64,000 nucleotides of DNA from Candidatus Cloacimonadota bacterium (GTDB lineage: Bacteria > Cloacimonadota > Cloacimonadia > G963667145), in assembly GCA_963676615.1 (NCBI GenBank), contig OY781092.1, positions 320,001 through 384,000 on the forward strand, written 5' to 3'. Numbering within the stretch: the first letter of the stretch is position 1; each line of letters opens with the position of its first letter. A program made the translations under genes and the position numbers. Of the stretch, positions 36,134-46,230 are shown piece after piece. The notes beneath the pieces are model-generated. The model was not told the DNA's origin. It did not search any database and worked only from the letters and a program-made list of their open reading frames with translations.

Positions 36134-37021
36134 ATGAGACCGCAAACCAAGTTTCAGCTAGATGCGTATGGCTATTTTCTAAAAGTGGAAAAGGGGCTTG
36201 CCGAAAAGTCTTTGCAGGCGTATTTTTCCGATTTGGAAGATTTTTTGCTTTTTGCGCAAAAAGATTTGGAGGCGATTTCCAATCAAGATTTGGTGGATTA
36301 TTTGGTGAAGTTGCAGTCTTATGGGCTAAGCTCGGCGACGCTTTTGCGGAAGCGGAGTTCGATTAAAGGCTTTTTTGATTTTTTGCTGGTGCAGCAGGAG
36401 TTGAAGGTGGTCTTGAGCGATTTTCCGAAAATTAAGCAGGCTGTGCGGTTGCCGTCGGTGCTTTCTGTTGCGCAGGTGGAGAAGTTGTTGCAAGTTTTCC
36501 AGATGGGCAAGACCGCGCTGGAGGCTCGTAACAGAGCGATTTTGGAGGTCGCTTACGCTTGCGGATTGCGAGAGAGCGAGATGCTCGATTTGAAGTTGAA
36601 CGATTTGCTGTTGCAGCAGGAGGTTCTGCGGGTGATAGGCAAAGGTAACAAGCAGCGGTTTGTGCCGATTTGTCACACGGCGATTGAGATTTTGCAGGAG
36701 TATTTGCAAAGTTATCGCCCGCTGCTGGTGAAGACCAAAATCACCGACTATGTTTTTGTGAATAAGTTTGGGCGTCGCTTGTCTCGTATGGGTTTGTGGA
36801 AGATTGTGCAAAAGGCGGTAACGGAGGCTGGTTTGCGCAAAAAAGTGTCGCCGCACACATTGCGGCACTCGTTTGCCACGCACTTGCTGGAGGCAGGAGC
36901 TGGCATCAGGTCTATTCAGATGATGCTCGGACACGCCAGCATCAACACGACGCAGATTTACACGAACATCGACAAGTCGCACCTGATTAAAGTGCACAAA
37001 AAGTTTCACCCGAGGGGGTAA
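36134..37021 (+). CDS. xerD: Tyrosine recombinase XerD
   Basis: GLRESE, GKGNKQR, SPHTLRHSFATHLL, TTQIY, HPRG. Confidence 0.88.
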   Translation: MRPQTKFQLDAYGYFLKVEKGLAEKSLQAYFSDLEDFLLFAQKDLEAISNQDLVDYLVKLQSYGLSSATLLRKRSSIKGFFDFLLVQQELKVVLSDFPKIKQAVRLPSVLSVAQVEKLLQVFQMGKTALEARNRAILEVAYACGLRESEMLDLKLNDLLLQQEVLRVIGKGNKQRFVPICHTAIEILQEYLQSYRPLLVKTKITDYVFVNKFGRRLSRMGLWKIVQKAVTEAGLRKKVSPHTLRHSFATHLLEAGAGIRSIQMMLGHASINTTQIYTNIDKSHLIKVHKKFHPRG

Positions 37022-37113
37022 TTTGCCGAAATTTAACGATTTGGATTTGGGGAGAAAATATTTGACACCCCCGCGGTTTTTGGCTGTTTACGACTATCAA
37101 CGAAAGAGGTTTT

Positions 37114-38400
37114 ATGGAAAATTTGAAGAGAGAAGATAAAGAGATTTACGATTTGATACAGGACGAGGCGAAGCGCCAGAAGGAAGGTCTGGAGCTTATT
37201 GCATCGGAAAATTATGTTTCGCCTGCGGTTTTGGAGGCTGCTGGCAGCATTTTGACCAACAAATATGCCGAAGGGTATCCGTATCGCTGGAGCAAAAAAA
37301 CTGGCGATTTGAACTATCGGCTTTACGGGCGATATTATGGCGGTTGCGCGGTTGTGGACAAAATCGAGAAGCTGGCGGTGGAGCGTGCCAAAGAGCTTTT
37401 TGGCGCGGAGCATGTGAATGTGCAGCCGCACTCGGGTTCAACGGCGAATATGGCGGCTTATTTCACTTTGGTCGAGCCTGGCGACACGGTTTTGGCGATG
37501 GAGCTTAGCCACGGCGGACACTTGACGCACGGCAGCCCGCTGAGCTTTTCGGGGATGCTCTACAACATCGTTTCGTATGGCGTCGATGCCAAAACGCAGA
37601 TGCTGGATTATCAGGAAATTGAAAGGCTCGCCGTCGAGAACAAGCCGAAGATGATTTTGGCAGGAGCGTCCGCTTACTCTCGGGCGATAGATTTCGCGCG
37701 CTTTCGCCAGATTGCCGACAAAGTTGGGGCGTATTTGATGGTCGATATGGCGCATATTGCGGGGCTTGTCGCTGCGGGATTGCATCAGTCGCCCGTGCCG
37801 TATGCGGATATCGTGACCACGACGACGCACAAAACTTTGCGTGGACCTCGCTCGGGGCTGATTCTTTGCAAGGAAAAGTTCGCTAAGCAAGTGGACAAGG
37901 TCGTTTTTCCAGGATTGCAGGGCGGTCCGCTGGAGCATATTATCGCAGCCAAAGCGGTGGCTTTTGCTCAAGCGCTGGACGCAAAATTTGTTGAGTATCA
38001 GCAGCAGGTGCTTTTGAACGCCAAAACTTTGGCGGAATGTTTGTCAGGCTTTGGCTTTAAGCTCGTTTCTGGCGGAACGGATAACCACCTTGTGCTGTGG
38101 GATTTGGGCGATAAAGACAGCGGGAATCCTTCTGGCAAAAAGATGGAAAACGCGCTGGGACTCGCCGAGATTACGGTCAACAAAAACGCTGTGCCGTTTG
38201 ACACTCGCTCGCCGTTTGTGGCTTCGGGCATTCGCCTGGGAACTGCGGCAGTGACGACTCGGGGGATGAAGCAAGAGCAGATGCAAAAAATCGCCGAGTT
38301 TATCAAGCGGGTTTACGACAATTATGAGGACGAGTTCGAGTTAGCCAAAATCGGCTTGGAAGTTAAAGATTTTTGCAAGGCGTTCCCCATATGGCAATAA
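37114..38400 (+). CDS. glyA: Serine hydroxymethyltransferase
   Basis: [25 protein letters not shown]. Confidence 0.98.
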   Translation: MENLKREDKEIYDLIQDEAKRQKEGLELIASENYVSPAVLEAAGSILTNKYAEGYPYRWSKKTGDLNYRLYGRYYGGCAVVDKIEKLAVERAKELFGAEHVNVQPHSGSTANMAAYFTLVEPGDTVLAMELSHGGHLTHGSPLSFSGMLYNIVSYGVDAKTQMLDYQEIERLAVENKPKMILAGASAYSRAIDFARFRQIADKVGAYLMVDMAHIAGLVAAGLHQSPVPYADIVTTTTHKTLRGPRSGLILCKEKFAKQVDKVVFPGLQGGPLEHIIAAKAVAFAQALDAKFVEYQQQVLLNAKTLAECLSGFGFKLVSGGTDNHLVLWDLGDKDSGNPSGKKMENALGLAEITVNKNAVPFDTRSPFVASGIRLGTAAVTTRGMKQEQMQKIAEFIKRVYDNYEDEFELAKIGLEVKDFCKAFPIWQ

Positions 38401-39728
38401 AAAAAGTCGCCATTATCGGCAGACCAAATGTTGGTAAATCTTTTTTGTTCAATAGGTTGTCGAAGACGATTTCGGCGATTGTGGACGCAGAAGAGGGCGT
38501 GACGCGCGACAACAAAACGCACATTGTGCTGTGGAACGAGAAGAAGTTTGAGCTGGTGGACACTGGCGGTTTGTTTGGCAAGCACGATTTTGATCAGCAG
38601 ATTTTGGAGAAAGCCGGTGGCGTTATCCAGCAGGCGGATTTGGTGCTTTTTGTGGTGGATGCCAAAGTCGGGCTTTTGCCGGTGGAGAAGCGGATAGCCA
38701 AACTTTTGCAGGACAAGCAGACTTTGCTGGTGGCGAACAAGTGCGATTCCGAGCAGGATGAGGCGCAGAATTTTGAGTTTTTGGCTCTTGGTTTGGGAGA
38801 GCCGCATTCGGTTTCGGCAAAGCTCAATCGCGGCACTCGTCAGCTGCTGGACAGCGTGGCGAGGATAGCTGGCGTGGGCGTTAATACGGGCAAAGAGAAA
38901 GAGAAAATCCGCAGCAGAATTAACTTTAGCATCGTTGGGCGTCCGAATGTGGGCAAATCGAGCCTGCTTAACAAAATTTTTGGGGAAGAGCTATCGATTG
39001 TCAGCCCGATTTCTGGCACAACGCGCGATTCTATCGGCAGCGACATCACCTATAAAGGTCGGCAAATTCATTTTGTGGACACCGCTGGGCTGCGTCGCAA
39101 AAGCAGGGTTAAATATGGCGTGGAATATTTCAGCACGCAAAAGTCGATAGCGTCCATCGTGTCGAGCGATGTGGTGATTTTTGTGTTGGATGCGACCGAA
39201 GATTTTTCCAATCAAGATCAGAAAATCGGCGCTTTTGCCAAAAAGCATTACAAAAATATTTTGGTTGTGGTCAATAAATGGGATTTGATTAAAAAAGACA
39301 GCAAGTCGCACGACGAGTATAAGCGGCGGGCGTTTAAGTTTTTTCGATTTTTGGACGATTGCCCGATAATTTTCACATCGGCGCTTTCGGGGCAACGGGT
39401 GAACAATATTTTGCAGGAAGGCATTGAACTCTACGACCGCAGCAGCACGAGGGTGCCGACGGCGAAGCTCAACGCGACTTTGCAAGGTTGGCTGGACAGA
39501 TTTCCGCCGAAGCAGTCTGCGGGAAAGTTGGTCAAGATTTTTTATGCGACGCAAGTGCAGACAAATCCCATCAAAGTGGTGTTCGTGTGCTCGAATCCCG
39601 AGAACATCAGCTCGGCTTACAAGGGGTATTTGTTGAACAATTTTAAGAAAGAGTTTGCGCTTGGCGGCGTGAGCGTCAAGATGATTTACAGGCAAAGAGG
39701 TAAAAATGATAAAGACGATAGTCAGTAG
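38391..39728 (+). CDS. der: Ribosome biogenesis GTPase Der/EngA
   Basis: Two GRPNVGKS domains; start taken at MAIKK. Confidence 0.95.
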   Translation: MAIKKVAIIGRPNVGKSFLFNRLSKTISAIVDAEEGVTRDNKTHIVLWNEKKFELVDTGGLFGKHDFDQQILEKAGGVIQQADLVLFVVDAKVGLLPVEKRIAKLLQDKQTLLVANKCDSEQDEAQNFEFLALGLGEPHSVSAKLNRGTRQLLDSVARIAGVGVNTGKEKEKIRSRINFSIVGRPNVGKSSLLNKIFGEELSIVSPISGTTRDSIGSDITYKGRQIHFVDTAGLRRKSRVKYGVEYFSTQKSIASIVSSDVVIFVLDATEDFSNQDQKIGAFAKKHYKNILVVVNKWDLIKKDSKSHDEYKRRAFKFFRFLDDCPIIFTSALSGQRVNNILQEGIELYDRSSTRVPTAKLNATLQGWLDRFPPKQSAGKLVKIFYATQVQTNPIKVVFVCSNPENISSAYKGYLLNNFKKEFALGGVSVKMIYRQRGKNDKDDSQ

Positions 39729-40341
39729 CGCTTTTTTTATTTTGCTGATCGGATATTTGGTCGGCAGCGTTCCCAGCGGTTATTTGGCGGGCAAAATTTT
39801 TAAGGGAATTGACATTCGCAAAAGCGGCAGTGGCAATATCGGAGCGACAAATGTTTTTCGCCTTTTGGGCTGGAAGTTCGGCTTGGCTGTTTTTTTGACC
39901 GATTTTTGCAAAGCTTTCGCTTTTGTGCAGATAGCAAAGTGGTGCTACTTTCCGCAACAGCCGTTTTTTTTGACATTGGCGGCTTTTTTGGTGATTGTGG
40001 GCAATGTTTTCCCAGTTTTTTTGAAATTCAAAGGCGGAAAAGGCGTCGCCAGCAGTGCGGGGCTTTTCGTCGGTTTGTGTCCGCTTGCTTTTTTGCTCTC
40101 GTTTGCGGTGTTTTTTTTGGTGGTTTACATTTGGCGCTATGTGTCGCTGGGCTCGCTTTTGGCGTCGCTCACGCTTTTTGCGTGCAACCTTTTTTTCTAT
40201 TTGAACGGACAAAAATCGCTGCTGGCGGTGCTCGTCCTCACAGGCGTAATAACGGCGTTTATCTGGTTTAAACATTGGGAAAACATCAAAAGAATTTTGA
40301 GCGGAACGGAAAATAAATTGGGCAAAAAACGAGAGAAGTGA
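39706..40341 (+). CDS. plsY: Glycerol-3-phosphate acyltransferase
   Basis: GSGNIGATN, FKGGKGVA. Confidence 0.95.
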   Translation: MIKTIVSSAFFILLIGYLVGSVPSGYLAGKIFKGIDIRKSGSGNIGATNVFRLLGWKFGLAVFLTDFCKAFAFVQIAKWCYFPQQPFFLTLAAFLVIVGNVFPVFLKFKGGKGVASSAGLFVGLCPLAFLLSFAVFFLVVYIWRYVSLGSLLASLTLFACNLFFYLNGQKSLLAVLVLTGVITAFIWFKHWENIKRILSGTENKLGKKREK

Positions 40342-41330
40342 TGAAAAATTTGAAGCAACTTTTGGAAAAATTCAGCGGGAAAAAGATTGCGGTTTTTGGC
40401 GATTTGATGCTTGATCACTATGTCACTGGCTGCGTGAATCGGATTTCGCCCGAGGCGCCGATTCCTGTTGTGGATGTGACAAACGAGCGCTACAGCCTTG
40501 GTGGAGCTGCCAATGTGGTGGCAAATATTGCGTCTTTGGGAGCTGTGCCGCTGGTGTTTGGCGTTTATGGGCAAGATTTTGCGGGCAAAAAACTTTGTCA
40601 GCAGTTGCAGGAAAAAAATATTTCAGCGGAATTTTTGGTGCAGAGCAAAGAGCGCCCAACGACGCTCAAGACAAGGGTTGTGGCTGGCAGTCAGCAGATG
40701 GTGCGCATCGATTTTGAGCAGAAAAATTATATCCAGCAGAGCTTGGTGGACGAGGTTTTGGCGAAGTTTGAGAAAGTCGCCAGCGAGTGTGCGGGCGTGA
40801 TTTTGGAGGACTATAACAAAGGTTTTTTGAGTGCGCCGCTCATCGAGGGAGTGATCGAGATTGCCAAAAAAAACAGCGTGCCAGTGAGCGTCGATCCGAA
40901 GTTTTTGAATTTTGGCGCATACAAGGGCGTGAGCGTGTTCAAGCCGAATTTGGCGGAGTTTTGCGCTCTTGCGGGAGTGCGAGAAGATGCGGACGATTTT
41001 CAGGCGAAAGCGTGGCAGATGGTGGACGATTTACAGTGCGATTTTTTGGTGATAACTATGGGTCGCGACGGTTTGGCGATTTATCAGCGTGGCAAAAATA
41101 AGGCGGTGGCGATTCCGACTTTTGCCCAAACCGTTTACGATGTTTGCGGTGCGGGCGATGCGGTGATTAGTTCGCTGGCTTTGGCTCTGGGCAGTGGCGC
41201 GAGCATTGTGCAGGCTTGTCAGATAGCCAATCACGCAGCGGGCGTCGTCTGCGGGCGCATCGGCGTGGTGAATGTCAATCGGCAGGAGATTATCGACTCG
41301 TTCGCCCAGTGGGAAATGGGGTTGGAGTAA
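40338..41330 (+). CDS. rfaE1: D-glycero-D-manno-heptose-7-phosphate kinase
   Basis: GDLMLD, RISPEAP, DVCGAGD. Confidence 0.9.
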   Translation: MMKNLKQLLEKFSGKKIAVFGDLMLDHYVTGCVNRISPEAPIPVVDVTNERYSLGGAANVVANIASLGAVPLVFGVYGQDFAGKKLCQQLQEKNISAEFLVQSKERPTTLKTRVVAGSQQMVRIDFEQKNYIQQSLVDEVLAKFEKVASECAGVILEDYNKGFLSAPLIEGVIEIAKKNSVPVSVDPKFLNFGAYKGVSVFKPNLAEFCALAGVREDADDFQAKAWQMVDDLQCDFLVITMGRDGLAIYQRGKNKAVAIPTFAQTVYDVCGAGDAVISSLALALGSGASIVQACQIANHAAGVVCGRIGVVNVNRQEIIDSFAQWEMGLE

Positions 41331-41520
41331 GCAAAGAGCTGAAAAGCCAAATTGTGTTGACAGTTGTGTCGCGAAATTGCGGCTTGATAGTGATAAGAAA
41401 ACCAGCTGACGAGATTTTGCAAAAAAGAGCAAAGCTTGTATGGCAGATACAAAAAAACCGATAACTAATTGCTTGGCAAGGACTTGATCTTATATAGAAA
41501 AAAGGCAGGTACCGATTTTA

Positions 41521-42234
41521 ATGAGCGAAAAAAAAGTTTATGGCATCGTTGGTGATGGCAAAATGGCGAGTCATTTTTGCCGCTACCTTGATTTGTGCGG
41601 CGTCGATTATATTTCTTGGAGTCGCAGGGCGGATGTGGGCGTTCGTCCATTCGACAAGCTGAAAAATTGCCAGCTGGTGTGTCTGCTCATCAGCGACGGG
41701 GCTATCGGAGATTTTTTGGAGCAAAATCGCGAGCTAAAAAATCTTCGCTTGGTGCATTTTTCTGGCTCTCTTTTTTTGGAGGGTGTGCCGTCGTATCACC
41801 CGCTGATGACTTTTGCCAAGCGGCTTTATTCCAGGCAAGAGTATCAAAAAATCCCTTTTGTTTATGAGCAAGGTCAGCCGACTTTTGCGCAGATTTTTCC
41901 AAAGCTTCCTAACGAGAGTTTTCCGCTGCAGAGAGATAAAAAGCCGCTCTATCACGCTTTGTGTGTGCTTTCGGGAAATTTCACGACTTTGCTTTGGCAA
42001 AAAGTTTTTGGGGAATTTGAGCGGCAGCTTGGTTTGGAGCCCAAAATTTTGTTTGCGTATATGCAGCAAATTTTTGAGAATTTGCAGGACGATTGGAAAA
42101 ACGCTTTGAGTGGGCCTCTTTCAAGAGGCGACAAGAGCACGATTGACGCTAATTTGAACGCTTTGCAGGGCGATAATTTCGCTGGAGTTTACAGGGCGTT
42201 TGTGCAGGCGTTAGATAAAGGAGGAAAATTGTGA
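41521..42234 (+). CDS. Rossmann-like/DUF2520 protein, putative PanG-type ketopantoate reductase
   Basis: GDGKMA, HFSG, HPLMTF, YHALC, GPLSRGD; first gene of the pan operon. Confidence 0.75.
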   Translation: MSEKKVYGIVGDGKMASHFCRYLDLCGVDYISWSRRADVGVRPFDKLKNCQLVCLLISDGAIGDFLEQNRELKNLRLVHFSGSLFLEGVPSYHPLMTFAKRLYSRQEYQKIPFVYEQGQPTFAQIFPKLPNESFPLQRDKKPLYHALCVLSGNFTTLLWQKVFGEFERQLGLEPKILFAYMQQIFENLQDDWKNALSGPLSRGDKSTIDANLNALQGDNFAGVYRAFVQALDKGGKL

Positions 42235-43016
42235 ATGTTTTCAGTTTTGCCAAAATGAAGAAAAAAGGTGTGCCGATTTCGATGGTGACGGCGTATGACA
42301 GCTCGAGTGCGGCGATTGTGCAGGCGGCGGATGTCGATTGCATTTTGGTTGGCGATTCTCTGGCGATGACCATGCACGGGCAAAAAAGCACGCTGGGAGC
42401 GAGCGTGCAGATGATGAGTTTGCACACGAAGGCGGTGCGGCAAGGGGCGTCGGACGCTTTTATCGTGGGAGATTTGCCGTTTTTGAGCTATCGCAAAGGG
42501 CTTGCGCAGGCGATGGATGCTGTGCAGGCGATTATGCAGGCTGGGGCGAACGCCGTGAAGCTAGAGGGCGTGCGAGGTTCGGAGCAGATAATTGCGCATA
42601 TCGTGGAGTCTGGCGTGCCAGTGATGGGGCATTTGGGGCTTGTGCCGCAGTCTGTGAACGGGCTGGGCGGTTATCGGGTGCAGGGCAAGAGTAAATTGCA
42701 AGAGGAGATTTTGCTGCAGGATGCGCTGGAACTGCAACGGCTGGGCTGTTTTGCGGTTGTGCTGGAGTGCGTGCCGTCGGAAGTTGGCAAAAAAGTTTCG
42801 CAGGAGTTGAAAATCCCCACAATTGGCATCGGAGCAGGTAGCGATTGTGACGGACAAGTGCTGGTTTGGCAAGATTTGCTGGGGATTAACAAGGAGTTTC
42901 AGCCGAAATTTGTGCGGAAATATTTGAGCGGATTTGAGCTGATGAGAGACGCGTTGAACAGCTACAATCGTGATGTGAAAAGCCGCAATTTTCCGTCTGA
43001 AGAAGAGGGTTTTTGA
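42231..43016 (+). CDS. panB: Ketopantoate hydroxymethyltransferase
   Basis: TAYD, LVGDS, TIGIGAG...DGQVLV. Confidence 0.97.
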   Translation: MNVFSFAKMKKKGVPISMVTAYDSSSAAIVQAADVDCILVGDSLAMTMHGQKSTLGASVQMMSLHTKAVRQGASDAFIVGDLPFLSYRKGLAQAMDAVQAIMQAGANAVKLEGVRGSEQIIAHIVESGVPVMGHLGLVPQSVNGLGGYRVQGKSKLQEEILLQDALELQRLGCFAVVLECVPSEVGKKVSQELKIPTIGIGAGSDCDGQVLVWQDLLGINKEFQPKFVRKYLSGFELMRDALNSYNRDVKSRNFPSEEEGF

Positions 43017-43771
43017 TGAAAATTGTTAGGTCTATTACGCAGTGGCGCGAGATTTTTGGAGGTTTGCAAGGCAAGAGCGTGGGCTTTGTGCCGACGATGG
43101 GCTATCTGCATCAGGGGCACATCAGTCTGGTCGAGCGCTCCAAGGCGGAAAATCAGATTACGGCGGTGTCGATTTTTGTGAATCCGACGCAGTTCAACAA
43201 TCAGGAAGATTTGCAGCGTTATCCAGTGAATGTGCAGGACGACACGCTGCAGTTGCAAGATTTGGGCGTCGATTATCTGCTTTTGCCGGACTATGGGGAG
43301 CTGTATTGCGACGATTATCGCTATAAGGTAAGCGAAAATCAGTATTCGCTGGATTTGTGCGGAGCCACGCGCCCTGGGCATTTCGACGGCGTGTTGACGG
43401 TGGTTCTCAAACTTTTGAATATCACCAAAGCCACTCGAGCCTATTTTGGGCAGAAAGATTGGCAGCAGTTTCAGCTGGTGCGGGGGATGGCGAGCGCGTT
43501 CTTTTTGGATACGGAAATTGTTGGGTGTCCGACTGTGCGGGAAGACAGCGGGTTGGCGCTTAGCTCTCGCAATAAGTTGCTTACGCCAGAGCACAAAAAA
43601 ATCGCGCCGCAGTTGCACGAGATTATCAGCGGGAAAAACTCGCTGGCAGAAAAGTGGAAGATGCTGGAAGCGGCAGGCTTTCAGGTCGATTATTTGACAA
43701 AAAAAGAGGGGAGAATTTTTGTGGCAGCGTTTTTGGGAAAAGTGAGGTTGATAGATAATGTCGGAGTCTAA
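43013..43771 (+). CDS. panC: Pantoate-beta-alanine ligase
   Basis: PTMGYLHQGH, RPGHF, LSSRN, RLIDN. Confidence 0.97.
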   Translation: MMKIVRSITQWREIFGGLQGKSVGFVPTMGYLHQGHISLVERSKAENQITAVSIFVNPTQFNNQEDLQRYPVNVQDDTLQLQDLGVDYLLLPDYGELYCDDYRYKVSENQYSLDLCGATRPGHFDGVLTVVLKLLNITKATRAYFGQKDWQQFQLVRGMASAFFLDTEIVGCPTVREDSGLALSSRNKLLTPEHKKIAPQLHEIISGKNSLAEKWKMLEAAGFQVDYLTKKEGRIFVAAFLGKVRLIDNVGV

Positions 43772-44294
43772 AATTTTGGTCTGCATAAGCGGATCTATTG
43801 CGGCGTGCAAGGCTACAGAGCTTGTGTCGCTGCTAAAGAAAAACGGATTTTTGGTAAAAGTTGTGGCGACAGATTGTGCGCTGGAGTTTGTGGGTAGGGC
43901 GAGTTTGGAGGCTTTGTCGGGCGACAAAGTTTACACGCAGATGTTCGCCGAGTCGCAAAAAATTCATCACATAAATTTGGTGGAATGGGCAGATTTGATT
44001 GTGGTCTATCCCGCTTCGGCGGCTACAGTGGCGCGGCTTCGTGTGGGTCTTGCCGAAGATTTGCTCACCGCTTGTTTTGTGGCGAACAATTTTCGCAAGC
44101 CGTATTTGGTCGTGCCGTCGATGAACGCAAATATGTTTGCGCATCCAGCCGTGCAGGAAAATTTGCAGGTGCTCCAAAATTGGGGCGCAAAGGTGGTTGA
44201 GCCAGCCTCGGGGGAGCTTGCTTGCGGGACGAGCGGAAAAGGCAGAGCGCCTGAGCCGCGCGAGATTTTGGCGCTAATTCAGGAAGCTCTGTGA
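43758..44294 (+). CDS. coaC: Phosphopantothenoylcysteine decarboxylase (stand-alone)
   Basis: GSIAACK, PSMN, LACG..GKGR. Confidence 0.9.
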   Translation: MSESKILVCISGSIAACKATELVSLLKKNGFLVKVVATDCALEFVGRASLEALSGDKVYTQMFAESQKIHHINLVEWADLIVVYPASAATVARLRVGLAEDLLTACFVANNFRKPYLVVPSMNANMFAHPAVQENLQVLQNWGAKVVEPASGELACGTSGKGRAPEPREILALIQEAL

Positions 44295-44968
44295 AAATTT
44301 TGATAACTTCGGGAGCCACGCGCGAGCCTATCGACGGTGTGCGTTTTATCACCAATTTTGCTAGCGGAAAAACGGGCTGTGTGCTGGCGGAATTTATGGC
44401 GAAAAAATCTCACGATGTCGTTTATTTGCACGGCGTTGGAGCGAAAAAGCCCGCAGAGAGTGTGCGAACTTGCGAGTTTGTTACTTTTGCCGATTTGGAA
44501 TTAAAGCTGCAAAATTTTTTGCGGGCAGAAGATTTTGATGCGGTGGTTCATCTGGCGGCAGTTGGCGATTTTTCTTTGAGCAAAATTGAGCTGGAGGACG
44601 GTAGTTTTTTGGATAAAAATTTGGCTGGCAAGCTAGATTCGGCACAAAATATTAAGTTGCATTTGCAACGAAATCACAAGATTTTACCGCAGATTAAATC
44701 TTTTGCAAAAAAAGGGAGTTCGCCTTTTGTGGTCGGCTTTAAACTCACAAATTTTGCCGACGATGCGGAGATTGAAAAAAAAATGGAGAAGATTTTTGCT
44801 GCTGGCGGAGTCGATTTGGTGGTGCAAAATGATAAGAGCAAAATTCAGGGCGAGTTTCATCCAGCGGTGATTTATCGGAGCTGCCAAAATATTGTGGCAA
44901 AGGCGCAGAGCAAGCAGGATTTGGCGGCAAAATTGTTGGAAATTTTGGAAGGAGAAAAGAGCAGATGA
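44291..44968 (+). CDS. coaB: Phosphopantothenate-cysteine ligase (stand-alone)
   Basis: TSGATREPIDGVRFITN, AAVGDF, VGFK. Confidence 0.9.
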   Translation: MKILITSGATREPIDGVRFITNFASGKTGCVLAEFMAKKSHDVVYLHGVGAKKPAESVRTCEFVTFADLELKLQNFLRAEDFDAVVHLAAVGDFSLSKIELEDGSFLDKNLAGKLDSAQNIKLHLQRNHKILPQIKSFAKKGSSPFVVGFKLTNFADDAEIEKKMEKIFAAGGVDLVVQNDKSKIQGEFHPAVIYRSCQNIVAKAQSKQDLAAKLLEILEGEKSR

Positions 44969-45735
44969 GGCTGTGTTTAGATTTTGGGAACTCCCAGCTT
45001 TTTGGGGGTTTGGTGCAAGAGACTAAGATTTTGTTTCGGTTTCGCAAAAGTATGAGCAAGGGCATTTCGTCGGACGAAATGGGAATTTTTTTGCGGTCTG
45101 TTTTGCGGGAAAATGGCTACGATCCGAGCAAAGTTGGGCAGATTGTTTTTTGCAGCGTGACGCCAGAGGTGAACCATTCGGTGAAAAATAGTTGTCAGAA
45201 CTATTTTGGGATAAATCCGCTGGCTTTGGAGCCGGGCGTGCGAACGGGCTTGCAGATTAAGTATGCAAATCCTGCCGAAGTCGGCGCAGACAGAATTGCG
45301 GGGGCTTTGGGCGCTTGCGAGCGTTATCCAGGGCGGAATGTGATTATCGTCGATTTGGGGACTGCGACCACTTTTGATGTTTTGAGCAGTAGCAAGGAGT
45401 ATCTGGGCGGAGTCATTATTCCCGGGATGTCGATTGCGATGCGCTCGCTGGAGCAGCACACTTCCAAATTGCCGAAAGTGGAGATTGTTCGTCCGCAAAA
45501 TATCTGCGGAAAGTCAACTGTGCAGAGCATTCAAGCGGGTTTGTATTATGGAAATTTGGGGGCAATCAAGAAGGTTTGCCAAGAGATTAAATTGAGCGTT
45601 TTTTCTGGTGAAGAGGTGATGGTGCTTGGCACGGGCGGTTTTTCGGGACTTTTTGCCGAAGAGGGCGTTTTTGACGAAATTGATAAAGATTTGGTTTTGC
45701 GCGGGCTGATCAAATTGGAGGAGTTGAACAGATGA
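44965..45735 (+). CDS. coaX: Type III pantothenate kinase
   Basis: DFGNS, GADR, DLGTATT, GTGG. Confidence 0.95.
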   Translation: MRLCLDFGNSQLFGGLVQETKILFRFRKSMSKGISSDEMGIFLRSVLRENGYDPSKVGQIVFCSVTPEVNHSVKNSCQNYFGINPLALEPGVRTGLQIKYANPAEVGADRIAGALGACERYPGRNVIIVDLGTATTFDVLSSSKEYLGGVIIPGMSIAMRSLEQHTSKLPKVEIVRPQNICGKSTVQSIQAGLYYGNLGAIKKVCQEIKLSVFSGEEVMVLGTGGFSGLFAEEGVFDEIDKDLVLRGLIKLEELNR

Positions 45736-46073
45736 TAGTAGAGATGTTGAAGGCGAAATTGCACAGAGCGACGGTGACCGACGCGGATTTGAACTACGAA
45801 GGCTCGATTTCGATCGACACGAAGCTTTGCAAGGAGGCAGGTTTGCTGCTGAACGAAAAAGTGGATGTGCTGAATATCGATAACGGCGCTCGTTTTTCGA
45901 CTTATGTGATTGCGGGCAAAGACGGCGAGATTTGCTTGAACGGCGCTGCGGCGCGGCTTGTGCAAAAGGGCGACAAGGTGATAATCGTGGCGTATTGTCA
46001 GATGGAGCAGGAGCTTGCCAAGGCGCACATTCCCAAAGTTGTGCATCTGGATGCGAAAAATCGGGTGAAGTGA
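45732..46073 (+). CDS. panD: Aspartate 1-decarboxylase
   Basis: [18 protein letters not shown]. Confidence 0.97.
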   Translation: MIVEMLKAKLHRATVTDADLNYEGSISIDTKLCKEAGLLLNEKVDVLNIDNGARFSTYVIAGKDGEICLNGAAARLVQKGDKVIIVAYCQMEQELAKAHIPKVVHLDAKNRVK

Positions 46074-46230
46074 TTTTTTGGGCGACGATTTTTCATTTTG
46101 ATGCTGGTCAAATATTTTGTCAAAAGTGCTAGACAAAATGTGCGGTCTGATTTTCTGATGGAAAACGGTTGATTGGCGAAGTTTTGTTTGAATTTTAGAC
46201 GAAAAAAAAGGAAATTGAAGGAGATAAAAA

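Noticed and set aside
36134..37021. Prophage integrase
   Set aside because: Typical XerD among housekeeping genes, 10 kb from a phage that uses a DDE transposase.
41331..41520. Regulatory RNA upstream of the pan operon
   Set aside because: No convincing stem structure seen by eye; would need an Rfam search.
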